Shown here: one piece after another, positions 23,001 to 36,740 of the stretch
How the letters are laid out: each line of letters begins with the position of its first letter
Numbering within the stretch: position 1 is the first letter of the stretch
From: Balanoglossus misakiensis
Lineage: Eukaryota; Animalia; Hemichordata
Direction of reading: 5' to 3'
NCBI GenBank assembly: GCA_040954595.2
Contig: CM082596.2
Coordinates: 2,598,999-2,662,998, forward strand
Length of the DNA: 64,000 nucleotides
Notes under the pieces: model-generated
What the model was told of the DNA's origin: nothing
Databases searched by the model: none
What the model saw: the letters and a program-made list of their open reading frames with translations, nothing else
Position numbers and translations under genes: made by a program

Positions 23001-26000
23001 ACCGCATGATTTATGAAACGGATGCTTTGTAGAGAGTGGAATGGCAAATAATGAATAAATTCAATTTAAATGCAAAGTTGGAATAAATACCTGCTTCAGA
23101 TTTTACAACGAAGGCCTCTGCCAGATTACCTGAAAAGAAAAAATCACGGAGGAAACTTTGCATTATTGCTAAGAGCCAATGCATAATTCCGATAACAATA
23201 TATATGCAATCAAAATTCTTTATGAGAATAACATGTCTGGCATTTGAAATATAATTTGATGGGATTACTGGTTGTACACTCATAAAGTATTAAATTTCGT
23301 AATTTTATTGTTTTGCAAAGTTACACAGGGCAGTGTGTTCTACATACTAGAAGTGCTATCTCATTTAAGACCTGCAGGCATGGTTCATTCGAGTACGGTA
23401 TTTGATATCGCTTTAAGGAGAATTGCAAAGTCCCTCTTAACCTCAATACTTTTTGAAAGTCAGACACTTATATACCTAAGCATCTTAGCTGACGAGATAT
23501 TACTTTCAACATTTAAAACTAGACGAGGGACTTTACGCAGATTGAGGTTGCCATGACTTCATCGGTCAAAGGTCAGTTTGTCATGTAAAGAAATCGCTTG
23601 CATGCCATCTACAGAAGAATGTGTTTAGTACAGACAGAGGTGTATGGTTTTCACATCAGTTTCAGTTGTAAGTTAAGACTTGTAAGTTAAGACAGCAACA
23701 TGTATATACATGTATTGTTCAAAATGACAAGTGCGAGAGAGGTACACGTAAAAATATGGTTCCCAGTCAGGGAGCCCTTGTCAATGCTAACATGGCGACA
23801 CAGTGATGGATTGAGTTGACTTTCTCTGATACAAATGACTACCTACCATTCTTCGCAATGGTATTGACCAAATCTTGAAATTCTGCAGGTACATCCGACT
23901 GCTTCCATCTCTCGCTCTCTAAAATTAAACTGAATTTAAAAAAGAGAGAATATATTATGATGGGCAACTCCTCATAATTGAAATAGAAATTTACAAGTTT
24001 CTGATTTTCTAAAAAAACAGTTTGTATGTGTTGTCACAACCAGATGGAAGGTTTTCATTTACAATCATTTTGATTAATTATTCATAATATTCAAATGAGT
24101 TCATACAGACTGACCAATCATGTGATATGCACCACACGATTGTCGCCACTTACCTAAGTTTTGTTTTCCTCTCTTCATGAAATCTATTTACAAATTTGGA
24201 AGCCTGGAATCGAGAATTTAACATTGATACTTAGTGGGTAAAATGAATGCATTTTTTTTAACCAAGGAGTTTGCATATCAAGTCATGTGACTGCTCTTGA
24301 ACCACTCAGCGCCAGTAATGGAATTATCAGCGAAAGCTATTTTACCTGATTTTGTAGACTGCCTCTCAGAGATGTACTTCTCCTCCCACTCACGCTTTCA
24401 CAGTCGTTCACAAATTGTTCAATTGCACGAGATAAAGTCAGAAATTCGGTAGAAGTCAGCTTTTCTAGAAATCCATCCTGGAACATAAAGATTGTCCAAT
24501 TGCATGAGATAAATTCGGAAATTGCTATCAGTATGTCAGTTTCTAGGAAGCCATGCTGTAATATTCTGACATTCAAAAATATTGTTAACAGTCGGCAAAA
24601 TGGAAGATATAATTCTTAATTGATGATTCCTAGGGTCATTATTTAGCCTTGTACGTTTGCATTCAGATTCTGATACCGGTTTTTGATAAGTTTGATTTGT
24701 GTCCCCTAAATGCCCTTTCTGAAGTGAAGTTCAAACGTTCAACACTGAGCGATGTCACTAAGAGAGCTTGGGTGAACAAAAGGCTATGTTCAATATGTTA
24801 CCATAGAAACCTAAACCAAAGAACAACAGTAAGAGGAAGAATGCTTGTCAGAACACATGTATTGTTGGCTCTCCTTGGAGAATAGAACATCTGGTCACGT
24901 GTAGTACGTGCTGTTTGGATGATTTCTGGGTGTATGATGATATTTTGAACTGGCTGTTTTTTTATTAATTTTTTGCAGTATTGGGGTACAATTTGACAAG
25001 GAAAACATCAGTAATCCTACACCGAGTTCGAGAAATTTGACAAAGGCAGTGCAACTTAAAGGTAAACAGCTTTATAAAAGATTCATCTGCAACCTTGACC
25101 AAAACCAAATAATGGGAAAAAATTGAAGGATTACCATTTTCTGGATATGTGCCTGAGGGGGGTTTCTATTGGAATACATGTACTACATTCTGTGTCAAAT
25201 TCATGCTTGTGTTCTTGACCGAGGAGAGCGACTTGAATCGTAAACAAATCTGAGAAAACATGTATTATTCTTTGTAATGAGAACTTAAACAGAATGAATG
25301 ACAGTTGATATTTACCTTGCTTCTTGCAAGCAATAATTTCACACATCTATCGTTGGCATAGTCACCAAGGAAACATAGTAATTCTCGCAGATTTGTACAC
25401 AGTTTACTGTACTCCACATTGTCAATCAACACATCACCATTGTTGTCTCTACAAAAGAACATACCAAACAAAGAACAGGATTTATCTTCAAAATACAGAA
25501 TATCTCCTTCAACTACTCAGCATGTGTAATCTTGAAATCCCCGATAAAAGCGGTAACTGAGAACTTTGCCAAATGAACTGCTAATTTCTATTCTCTCCTG
25601 TTAGGAGTAGACATTATTGAATACTCACCCGTTCACTTGGTTTTGTGTAGCATTGGATTGGCTGTTTGAGGACAGACTCTCAGTTTTTCCAGCAGCTATA
25701 TTCACTACTCTTCTCATAACACACAGTGTAGCCTGCAACAAGTCAAATAACATATGATACAATATTTTTATTTTAATGTATAAAATAGATTTATTTTAAT
25801 TGAACTCTCTTATCTCAGATAAAAGCTTATTTCCTGTCCAGTCAAAGGGCAACTCACCTTCGTTCTACTCAGTAATGTCATCAGATTCTCAAACACGCCT
25901 TTGAACAGGATCATCCAGGCATCAAAATTCAATGACCTCATCTGATCTGCAAGACTATAACGCCAAACCAAACAAACATTTCATCAAATCGACCTGCTTC

Positions 26001-29000
26001 TGATAAAGTGTGCTTGAGAATAGTGCAAGAATGCTTGAGAATAGTAATAGTCTGCTTGAGAATCGGGAAAGTGTGCTTGAGAATAGGAAAATCTGCTTGA
26101 GAACAGTAAAATGCACTGGAGAATAGATGTAAGGGGCTTGAGAAATACTAGTAGGTGTGGGTACTAGTTTACGATGAGCACACTTGCATGTAGTACTCAA
26201 GTGCCCTTTAACTTTAATCATAAGCGATTTGCCAGATAGCTGGCTTGAAAACACTGAGTACAAACTCCTCCAGCAGGAGAGATCTTACCTGATTGTGTTG
26301 CTTTCTGATTCCATGTCATCGGTGCTTGCTACATAATTGACCACCGTCTGTAAGTGTTGATACAAAACCACATCAAAATCTACCTTGGACTGCAAATATG
26401 AGACTGTGCCCTCCAAAAAGCTAACCCTGGAATATAACAACTCTGATGTTTCTTACCTGTTTTACAACTGATTTGATGGAAGTTGCTGCCTCCTCTCTGT
26501 ACACTTCCAAAAAGTTAAACTTGTGTTTCCGAAGCATTCCCAGCACTATGGTACTCAGTCGATCCTGTGGGAAAGAAAAGATCAGTCCACACATTAGGAT
26601 AGCTACTTCAGATATTTATTACTTTCAACCCAGATATTCTTTACATTCCCCACACATGCAACTGACCCTAACCCATGACCTTTGCCCCTGGGTCATGCTC
26701 ACCTCTTCAAAGACCAGAACGTCATCCAGTGGTCTGTGGAGCTCCTCCATGGTGTAGCGACTGATATCTTCCTCCATCATCTTGTCGATCAGTTTCTCAA
26801 TTTCTGCAAGCTGTGATCCGAGATGCCTGTGTAAGAACAAGCAAAGCGATTAGACTGTTGTGAAATCATTTCCATGGGATCTGATTGTTTTCTCATAACA
26901 TTGAGATATCAGTCATTGATAGTCGAGAGTTGAACTTTTACCTGAAACTCTGGATCCCAACCAATTCCTGAGACAGCACTTCCTGTGTGGTGGAGATCAG
27001 ATCCAACGCACCGACAAACTCTGATGTTGACAGTAACAGCTGAATGGTGGGTTGTGTCTGATGCACTGTAGCCATAAGTTTCAACTAGAAAATACAGATA
27101 ACCATACTCATTACTGTAGACTTTCACAGAGAAATGTTTCATCATAATCAATGGGATGCAATCAGACACACGTTTTCAGAGTCACAGTGAAGTTGACACC
27201 AACCTTGTTATACACTTTGACATAATTAGCTCTGGATATCCGCAGCTGAAGAATTTCCAGTGAGCCCTTCACTAGAATAGCATCGATCTTGTTCACCTTC
27301 TCCCTGAAACAGAAACACAGACAGAAAATGTATATATGTATCAGAGAATCCAGCATTTTTCATGAGTAGTGAGCCAGCACGTTCTGGCACACTGAAGGCA
27401 GAACCATAACCCATCTTTCAAAGGGAACATAGTAAGCTATAGGGAACACACCTGAGTTGTCTAATAGCTCTACACGTCTTTGTCAAGTGCTCTTGTAATT
27501 CATCATGTGATGCCATTGCACTGAAGAATGCTTCTGAGCGGAATGAGATTTGCCTGGCTATCTGTACTTCTACTGTGTCCAGATAATGACTCAGCTGGAA
27601 CGGAAAGATAGAAAACTGATATAAGAAGGTATACAGATGTCACGGAATCTGATGAACTTATACAAGAACACTGAGGAAAATTTCCAGTACATTTTCTGAC
27701 AGCTCACCTTTTCCTGTAAGAGTTTGGATGAGGACCTGGTGTTTGGACTGGTGTCTTTGGGCTGGCTGAACTGGGACCATGGCAGCACTGCATTGAAGAC
27801 CTCCGGAGTTTCCAAGGCAAAGTCTGGTTTCAGAAACAACTGTCAAAGAAAGCGTAAAAATTTTAATACATATTACCAGAACTTGGAGAATGACAACACT
27901 TAATGAAAAGGGCTTCTACAAAAAGACCAAGAAAAAAACAATACACATACATACCTTAGGGACTGATTCAAGGTCTACTTTGTTTTTCTCTGTTGGGAAA
28001 AAAATTAATGAATAATAATGTCAGTGCATTGGCTCCAATCTCTTTAAGTTTACTGATATTAATAAAAAATAAAATGCGAGGATGAAATGGGCATGCCCTC
28101 ATTAACACAACTTTACAGAAGGATAATGACATGATAAAAGAATATACAGAAATACTTCCTGTAAGATCACAAATGGGGAAATAACCAGCTCAGCACCACA
28201 CCCATAGAAACAAATGTTGCTTATTCTAAAGAATCTTACCTCGATTGTATGCTGCATTCAGTGCTCCTTTTTGTTGATCTGAACCATTTTCGACTGAGGT
28301 TTCATTCACCTTCTTGTGTTTTTTCAATTTCTGCAAACAGGAAAATGTCAATACATTGTTTTTTTTTCAAAATACTTAAGGTCCACACCATGCTCACTAA
28401 TTTAAAAAAAACACTGTATGGTTATGTAGGAGGCATCATAGCCTAGTGGTCAGGGTAACGGTCTCCCTATCAGTGAGTTGTGGGTTCAATTCCCAGACCT
28501 GGCTGCTGATTTCTTTTTGGGGATGGTTCCTTCATGGCTGGGATGTTGTGCCCTTGAGCAAGGCACTTTTCTTCTCATTGCTGGCTTACAATTTTTGTGT
28601 AGGTGATTTGCATTGGTTCCAGTCATCCTATCCTAAGTAGACATACTTTCAGTGTTTGCTATGGATGAATTATGTATACATGAGTGAATATGCCCCAGTA
28701 CATGTAGTACTTACAGTGACTGTTCTTTTCAAGTATCTCTCGAAATGACCTCTTGTAATTTCTGGTACAAATGGCGACGGTAAGATGTCAGTCTTCTCAA
28801 ATCCCTCACCCCAAGTTTTCTTGAAAAAGTCTGACTCCCTCTTCAGCTTCCTGGGGTCATTGAGGACAGCTGGGAGATTCTGAGTTGAATTGTATATTGT
28901 CCATTTGTGTTGATCGGTGACAACAGACGGACCGGCATTTGCCTGCGACAACGGCACAGAAGTGGCACTTGCTGACACTAAACAGGACATAATGTTCATG

Positions 29001-29923
29001 ATGTCAGTACATGTACCTTCAATCGGACACAACATACACTCAAAAGAGCTACACAATATCTGACAGATAAAACAGGATAGCAGGCTCTGTACTTTGTGAT
29101 GTCTCCGACTTCCTCAAAAATATATGTTTGTGTATATTTGTCATAAATGTTTAATGTTTAAACTGTTCCTCCCTTGATGTGGTTTGTGGTCAGTAGGTTG
29201 TCTAGTTAATTTCATAGTGGAAACTTGTCTATAGTGGCCACGTCATAATCATTACATTTCCAGTGCAATTGACATGTACTTTAATTGACCTGTATATAAT
29301 GGCCACCTGTCAATACAGGCCAGTGTAGGAAAGTCCTTTGATTGGCCACTATAGACAGGTTTGGATTGAAATTATATTGTTGTACATGTATGCACGGTCC
29401 CTCCAGTGTTCCCCACATGATGTGTGGACCACAGTCTTATGTGGGAGGACAAGGAGGGACTGTGCACTCTATGTAAACAAAAGTGACAGCACTGTGGAAG
29501 TACTTCCGTCAATGGAGATGTGTGTTATGTGGACTGTTGTGTTAGGTGTGTGCAGTGATCTAAACAGTCATTCCGATGCAGTAGAATGTTTAGACATGTG
29601 ATACCTTCGGGCAGACATGCGTGATGACGGGCAACGTGAACTTCATAGTCGTTGTCACTCACTCCCTCCAGTGGTAACGTGGGACATACGCCATTCAGCC
29701 CGTAGCGACACACGAATGATCCGCCTTCTTTTGTGCAGTGATATGTCCTAAGATGTCTACAGAAGTCTGTTGGTGATTTAAAGCTAAAGCCATCTTCAGA
29801 ACAAAGTGAACAGTTTCGCCACCCATTCGACCGATTATCCATAATATTACTACCGGTATCGGAACCGGTGGTTCCCAATGACCAACTAGCTGATGACCGT
29901 CTTTTGGGGCTCAATGACGCCAT
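20045..29923 (-). CDS. VPS54: Vacuolar protein sorting 54 (GARP complex subunit), multi-exon
   Basis: First exon 29923-29605; later exons include 28977-28715 (QNLPAVLNDPR, DFFKKTWGE), 27839-27708, 27594-27452 (LSHYLDTVEVQIARQISFRSEAFF), 21708-21621 (FNSRTCQLVLGAGALQLVGLKTITTKNL), 21101-21021, 20793-20686 (WEVKAPVPSASFR), 20369-20275 (NDGGPQHG) and 20147-20045 (stop). Confidence 0.97.
26008..26150. repeat. ~21-bp minisatellite in a VPS54 intron
   Basis: About 7 degenerate units with core GCTTGAGAA(TA). Confidence 0.85.
28429..28640 (+). mobile_element. tRNA-derived SINE with CORE-like segment
   Basis: A box TAGCCTAGTGG at 28439-28449, B box GGTTCAATTCC at 28483-28493, then GTTGTGCCCTTGAGCAAGGCACTT at ~28545-28568. 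No cloverleaf; 3' end approximate. Confidence 0.7.
29214..29368. mobile_element. Tc1/mariner-pogo-like MITE relic
   Basis: Inverted ends AAACTTGTCTATAGTGGCCA / TGGCCACTATAGACAGGTTT, with internal repeats of the same motif. Confidence 0.6.
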
Positions 29924-30059
29924 AATGTACGCCCTAAAAGCTAATGTTCGAAAAAGCGTTCAATTTAGCCGCTGATTTCATTGTCAATCATCCATCTGCA
30001 ATCAACAGTTCTGAGATTTTACCCATCATATCAATGTTTCCACCAGTTTTTCGATCTCC

Positions 30060-30700
30060 ACGTAGACCGCCGCCATTTTGTTAGTTGCTTGTTGTGTGCC
30101 CTTTACTCTTATTTCAAACCGGGGGTGCACACTCAACATTACTGACCGCCGAATTGTTGGAACGAAAGTGCGCTTCTCATTCCAACAAACATATTTAAGT
30201 CGGTTAAATTTATTTATATGAAGAATAAAGAAACAAATATTTCTGAAAAAATCAAGTTAATGCGTTTATCAAGTGTTTGCTGATTGACGTTTCGTATTAA
30301 GTGTTCACTGAAGTAAAAACTTTTGTAAACATGTACTGTGCAGACCCTATAAAATTCTCTGTCGATGACCTGTTTGACCTAGTTTCGTCTGTACATCCTC
30401 GTCCAGAAGTAATGCTATTAAAGTGAATAATTTGTCATCAGATGCTTCCCTTGCAAAAAGTTTGAGTCAAGAGAAATTTATATAAAGTATAAGAGAACGC
30501 ACAAAACATAAAACAATATTTATTTCAAGTGTGCACTCAGCGCAATTGTCTTATATAGTAACTAATAAAGACAGGGCTGCGTGGTCTTTTACAAATATAT
30601 AGTCAGATAAAAGTCGTGACCTTGAATGCCCTAGTATATTTTAAGAGCGGACTGGTCCCTTTCCGTTGTGGAGCTTGTTGGTAACTTTGGCAAAGTCCGC
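30060..30700. promoter_or_regulatory. Candidate divergent promoter region for VPS54 (-) and the nuclear receptor (+)
   Basis: YY1-like CGCCATTTT at 30071-30079 upstream of the VPS54 ATG. A CpG-rich segment at 30640-31100 has a + strand donor AAG|GTAGG at ~30925. Confidence 0.5.
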
Positions 30701-31755
30701 CACTTATACACCGACTTACCTGAGTTGGCGACGATTTTGTCTTACTGTAGGAGCAGCAGACGCCCCCTGTATATATTGGCGACTACGCGTCGTGTAGTAA
30801 CAGTAGTTGTACTACGGCAACGAGCAATGTACGTGTCCCGAAGGCCACCGTACGTGCAAGTGTGAACCGCTGTTGTGTTGATGGGAAGCCCGTTATGGAT
30901 TGCGTGTGAAGACGGGACATACAAGGTAGGCACTGTTCCATATCATTTCCAGAACTTTTACAAACCATAATCACCCTTTGTTGCAGACGACGGAAATTTC
31001 AGATCGCGGATATCGTCGTCTGGTTACTCGCGATCGCATCGCCGGTATATTAGCTTGCCGATTTCACACAGTTAACGACAGTAGCTAGGTCATGCTGACC
31101 CATTTAGAAAAACCCATTAAAACTAACAGTCCGATCGTGAAAAATGCCTCTATTTTGTTTTAAAATGGAACTTAACGCTTATACCAAAAGAACAAAGGAT
31201 AGGCGACAAAATCAAATTAAGTAGGAAACAATGAGTCTGCTTTTCAAATGTTTTGTTAAAACATATGTACAATGTCTTTATATACTTCAGATTATAACTG
31301 CTACATTTGAGGCATACGTTTGCTTAATTTGAGAATATTTTACCACAGTGAAACTTTTTAAAGTTACAATCATTTATAGGTTTATACAGCCTAGCGATAG
31401 CCAACACTAATCAGTTTTAGTCGAAACAAGAACACTGTCATGTCAGTAGCTGGCTTGCAGTACGCACTTGTGCAGTGAAAACAACCAGAACAGTTGCGAA
31501 TACTGCTTCTAATAAGTTTAATTGTAACAAAACTTAGGAGTTGTTATTAATATGAAATCTACATTAGGCAGTCAAATGTAGAAACTGACACGGCACACTA
31601 GTGTGTAGATTGCGCCTCTGGGGTTGTTCTTGTATTGACCAAAACTGATTAGTATTGCCTGTTTAGCTGTTGTTCCTATCATTCAATCACTCTGTACTTA
31701 ATAAACCTGCTAATGATTATTTTTTTTTGTTATGAATTTTGGAAGTCCCGATGTA

Positions 31756-31931
31756 TACTGTAAAACGGGAAATTTTCGCGAGCGATAAATTTTCACAAAC
31801 TAAGCGGGAGCCAAAAAAAAAAATGTGAAAATTAAAACTCTCGTAAAATACGAGAACGTGAAAATAATCTTTGCGTAACAGTTGCCGCTTTTGACATCGT
31901 GAAAATTTCTTGTCGCGAACATTTCACAGTA
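31756..31931. mobile_element. Pogo/Tigger-like MITE
   Basis: TACTGT...ACAGTA ends, with internal (C)GTGAAAAT / TTTTCGCG repeats. Confidence 0.55.
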
Positions 31932-32619
31932 TATTGAACAAATGTTGGTCAGAATGTTTTATGAATTAATTCTTCTATGTCCCTCTGTTGTCCAATAAAC
32001 GTAGTTGAATGGCTCCCTATAAACCATGCCATTTGTGTCTGGGTGATCGTAGAAAAGTCCTTGCCCTGAGTCTAACCTGTTGGCTGGCGCCCTCAAATGG
32101 CATGAATGTTTAACCAAGCTGGCAAAAAAGTTGTTTGACCTTCTCTCAGATTTTCTTTTTTCACATGTAAGAAGCGTTTTTCTGTGGTGTCATGTTTTGA
32201 GGGTATATATCGCTTTCATTCTCAGAGTACCGTAGCTTTATAACAATCTGGGTTACAGTCACCATGCATGTGGTCACGTATTTTGTTGGAGACATAGTTA
32301 AGTTGACGACAGAGCGAGATCAAAGATGACAAAGAAACCTGTAGAGACTGGCCCATGGTTCATTATACATGTATAGAAAGCTTAGAAGTTCATGAAACTT
32401 TGCAGATGAAAGGTCATGACCCTAGGCCAAGCATATCAGCTAATGCATATGCCGGCACCTTGTTTAAATTTATGGCCACAGTTACAGCTGTTCACCACGT
32501 AGTCATTGGTCTCAATTTATGGACTGGATAATGAGGCCACCGTGACACAGATTCTTGTATTGCAGGGCAGCAGAGTCAGGACATTATGAAATTCTAGACA
32601 CAGTCATCAAGCAGTGTTT

Positions 32620-32730
32620 AGTTCAAACCTGTCTATAGCAGCCAGTCGTATAACTTTCCGTTATAGACAGGCCATTTAATGCATGTCATTGCACAAGGAC
32701 TGTAACAAAGTAGCCACTATAGACAAGTTA
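32620..32730. mobile_element. Second copy of the Tc1/pogo-like MITE at 29214
   Basis: AAACCTGTCTATAGCAGCCA ... TAGCCACTATAGACAAGTT. Confidence 0.55.
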
Positions 32731-33148
32731 TCCAGGAATGATAGAAATGCAAGTTGGATATTTATTGGTGTTTATTTTTTATGTTGACCGTCCAGGGCAT
32801 TTGTCTTTTTGAGCTACCTTGTGATCTGTGGCACAGTTCGCTGTTTACTGGCTGACACAGTTTGACTGGCATATACATCAAGTCTAAACAGCAGCCATAA
32901 AGATTGGTCTGTGCTATTGTGTTATCATTTTCATCTGACAATGGTGGGTGGAATGGAAATACACACAAGAAATAGGCTCTTGGTGTTCTTTTCTTTTTAT
33001 GTTCAAAGGTCATATTCTTCAAGGTCATATAGGTACATCTTACCTGAGTTTAACCAACAATCAAAATATTCCATTAAATTTTTTGGTTGTTGGATCTTTT
33101 GGTAATTTGTTGGATTTTTCAGTAGTTTTCTTTCACCCCATATGTTTA

Positions 33149-33242
33149 TTAACCCTTTCACCCCCAGTTCCCTCTTTAGTGGTCTAACCTTACCATAGAA
33201 AACAATAGGTTTAGACTGAGGCATAGTGGTGAAAGGGATAAA
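33149..33242 (+). mobile_element. ~94-bp piggyBac-like MITE, copy 1
   Basis: TTAA-CCCTTTCACCCCCAGTTCC...ACCTTACCATAGAAAACAA...GGTGAAAGGG-ATAA. Confidence 0.8.
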
Positions 33243-36200
33243 GCAAATTGGCAATAGTATCCGAGTGTTGAATGAAGCCAGAAATTGTATATGATGAATT
33301 TAAGTGGCTTTCTCTTAATAGAGGTAGAATTTCTTCCCGACAGTGCATGCACATATCTTGGAGTGTTTCAACGTGCTTGAAGCAGGATTTTTTGTCATGA
33401 TGATAATGGTTTCTGATTATAACGCCTACACCACAAAAAGACTCCTGGTGCTTTTCATGCCCAGCAACAATCTGTTGTCGAATCAAACCAATCAGGAAAG
33501 GAGAGACAGTGAAGGATGTTGCCATGAGCAATCAAACTGGTCACGTTTTTCTGAAATCCTGCGTGAACGTGTGTAGCACAAAACAACCAGATGCAGTGTG
33601 GTTGAAAAGGGATTGTTAGAAATTAGAAATTGGGGAGCTTGCTCAGCACTGCTTCAAATACATGTATGCTTGAGATCATTGTAAGGTTCTTTAGTGGGTA
33701 TTTCATTTCTTCTAAATTTAAAACAAGCCAACATCCATCTGTTTCGGGTGATGTATAACTCTTCTAGAATCATGGATTGGTAAATCCTAAATGTATTGTA
33801 TGATCAGCTAGTCTAGATAGTATTGTCTCTAAATGGTGCTCAGTCCAGAAAGGCTGTGTGGTCTGTTATACCACTTCTGAGAAGACGATGTATAAATAAG
33901 TGATGTATCTTCTTGAAGTAACTCGAAGATTCTAATCCTCTGTTAACTAGATGTACTTGTCAACAGAGCTAAATATGATTACAATATACTGCTCCTTGAC
34001 TTTATATCTAGTCAATAAAAAAACACTAACTGTGATTGACTTCAACGGAACACCAGTTTTAACTGCCCTTCTGAGCAGGGTAGGAGGCCATTAGCTGGCA
34101 AGTTCATTGCATGTAATTTACTCAGACTTGAGGAGCCAAGAAAAGGCATCAGAGATTCTAGACTAATCATTGGATTTGTACAGAACTGTATGTATGTATG
34201 TATGTATGCATCTTGGTGCCAGAAGCTATGCAGATGAAACGTTATTTAAATTTCAGAATCCTCTGGACTATCCAAAATCAGATTAATATATGTATCTTGG
34301 CCCAGGAGATAAAAACACCATCCTATACCCTGTTTGTATGATTATGCTAATGACTATTTTCCTCCAAAGTCTCTCCTATGTAATCCAGATGTACCTGTTT
34401 ACTTCCATGTGAACAAATTTCTCCATGGTTCGTTAGACAATTTCAAGCCCTGCTTGACACTGGTGGATGTGTATGTGCATAAACGTAGGGAGACTGCCAG
34501 AGGTAATTACTCTTCAAATTTCCAGGTCATTGCCTGTGTTTAACCATTAACTGACATCTACATATTCCAGAGCGCAACTGTGTACGAGGTTACAACGATA
34601 TTTTGAATCATTGACCCAGTTTAATAATCGTAATGGTAGAATGAATATAACCTTGATTCAGGGTTCGTAAAACATCAATATTTTATGTGTTTAGTGTCAT
34701 TTTAATCCATGTTTGGGAAAACAAATATTTCAACTGATTCCTGCTGTATATGATGTTTACTTTATCAGTTTACGAAGGGTGATCTCATTTCACCCTATTT
34801 CATTTTTAGAATATGTCGTCTAAAATTAGGCCACACTGGGAGAGCAGAGGATGTTTAAATATTTGAATGCAGTAAAATATCTAAAGTTTATGTTAGTTTG
34901 TTACTCATTGTTAAAGGGACAAAATCTCTCTCTCGTTGCCCTTTTTCCATTAATTAATATATGTTTGATACAATACACCATTTATGTTATTCTACATGTG
35001 AATATATAGTGAATCAACGTTTGATCACACACAACTTCCATCCCTTTTGTAGGATATGAGAGAATTACACTGGCCCTGGGCTTCTGGTATATTGTGCTGA
35101 TGTCAAATGTGTTTTGTGGATGCAGACCAAAAATCCCCTCCCCAAGGAGGACTGGACTTGATGTACATGATTGGAAAAACACAACACTGTATGTAAGCTA
35201 GCAGTAGAAAAAAGTTTCACCGTCCAAATGGTCCCTGTGAGCTATGCAGATTACTATAATGAACAACTCAATAGCTTGGGAGTGTATCAGTTTGATCAAA
35301 TTGCAGCACAGAGACTTGAGAAAATTGGCAAACCTGACCTCTGTCTTGGTGTATATATTTTTCATCTACATACTGCCAAACATTGACATGTGTTGGACCC
35401 GTTATCAGAACCTTTTAGCCTACCACGCATATGTGCAACACAAGCAATTTCATCCGAGTTACAGTATAATTTAAAGGCAGCGCATTTGCTATTTTTAGTA
35501 CTGTGATAACACTAATACATTGAAAGATTGGAAAATTCCATTATACAAGGTTGTGGTTATTCACTTGAATATAAATTGTTGATTATTTGGATTTAGTGGA
35601 TGTCGTTTAATCAAAAATACATTTGTAAAGTCAGGGTAGTATACATTTTACATCTAGCATAGTACAAAATGTATCATGCTTGTCATGAAACTCAGCTAAG
35701 TAAATTGCTGATATTCTGCTCAAACGCACGTTATTCTCTATAGTGAAAAACGGCCATGTACAACCAGATCTTTGTTTCTCAAATAGTGCATTACATTAAA
35801 AAATAATCTGTATGCTTTACACTGAATTTATTGAAGTGAAAATAATTGAATTCAATATATCTGATTAAGACAGTAACATATATTTGAAGTACTTGTAGTT
35901 GAAAGATGTTCATAGCTTTCGCCTTGAAACCATAGTGACGTGTACATTGCAGTGTTTGCAAATACAACTTGCAATGATAATGTTGTTCCTACTATTTAAT
36001 GAAACTATATTATGTAGCCCTGACCTCATGTTAAACTGCAGTCATGTTACTATTGGTAACCTCCCACGCAGGTATCCCTACCTGCACACTCAACCCTTTT
36101 TTGAACTCACGATTCAGTTGATTGGGACTGATTTTCCCCAACAAACAAGCTGATATTTGGAAGATCTGTCACTCAAATTCTGTTAAGGGCAAGGGTTTGT

Positions 36201-36646
36201 CACTGCTGATTTCAAGTCACTCCAGTGCAATCACTGAAAGATTGAATTGTCAGGAGAAAAGGCAACAGTGATACAACATTTTGAAGGTGTGTGTACTGCT
36301 AATGAAAAAGTCAACACATAAGCAAAAACAGACAGTTTTTAGAAGTACCCAGGGTCAATGCTTTTAAATGTTTTATCTCCTCCCCTTGATTGTATGTCAC
36401 ATATTGTGTGGGAGATACACGCATATGTGATTGCCTGTTACCTGCAATTGAATGAGATTATTAAATTTCCATCAGCCTGTCTGCCCTGTTCGTGCCACTT
36501 GTCTGTTGGGATGTCCATCTGGAGCCATAACTCAGACATGCCTGAGTTGAATGTAACACACAATTGCAGACAGACCCACATGTATAATGCATGCATCAAA
36601 GCAGAACTTATCGCTACTGTAAATAGCAGGTGGGGGAATAGCAGCT

Positions 36647-36740
36647 TTAACCCATTCACCACCATGGTTCAGTCCAAACCCCTTGTTGTCTATGGTAAGG
36701 TTAAGACCTTTCAAGCGGGAACTGGGGGTGAAAGAGTTAA
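36647..36740 (-). mobile_element. piggyBac-like MITE, copy 2
   Basis: TTAACCCATTCACC...GGGGGTGAAAGAGTTAA, with both TTAA intact. Confidence 0.85.

Noticed and set aside
28429-28500. tRNA gene
   Set aside because: A and B boxes are present but there is no cloverleaf, and a CORE-like SINE segment follows.
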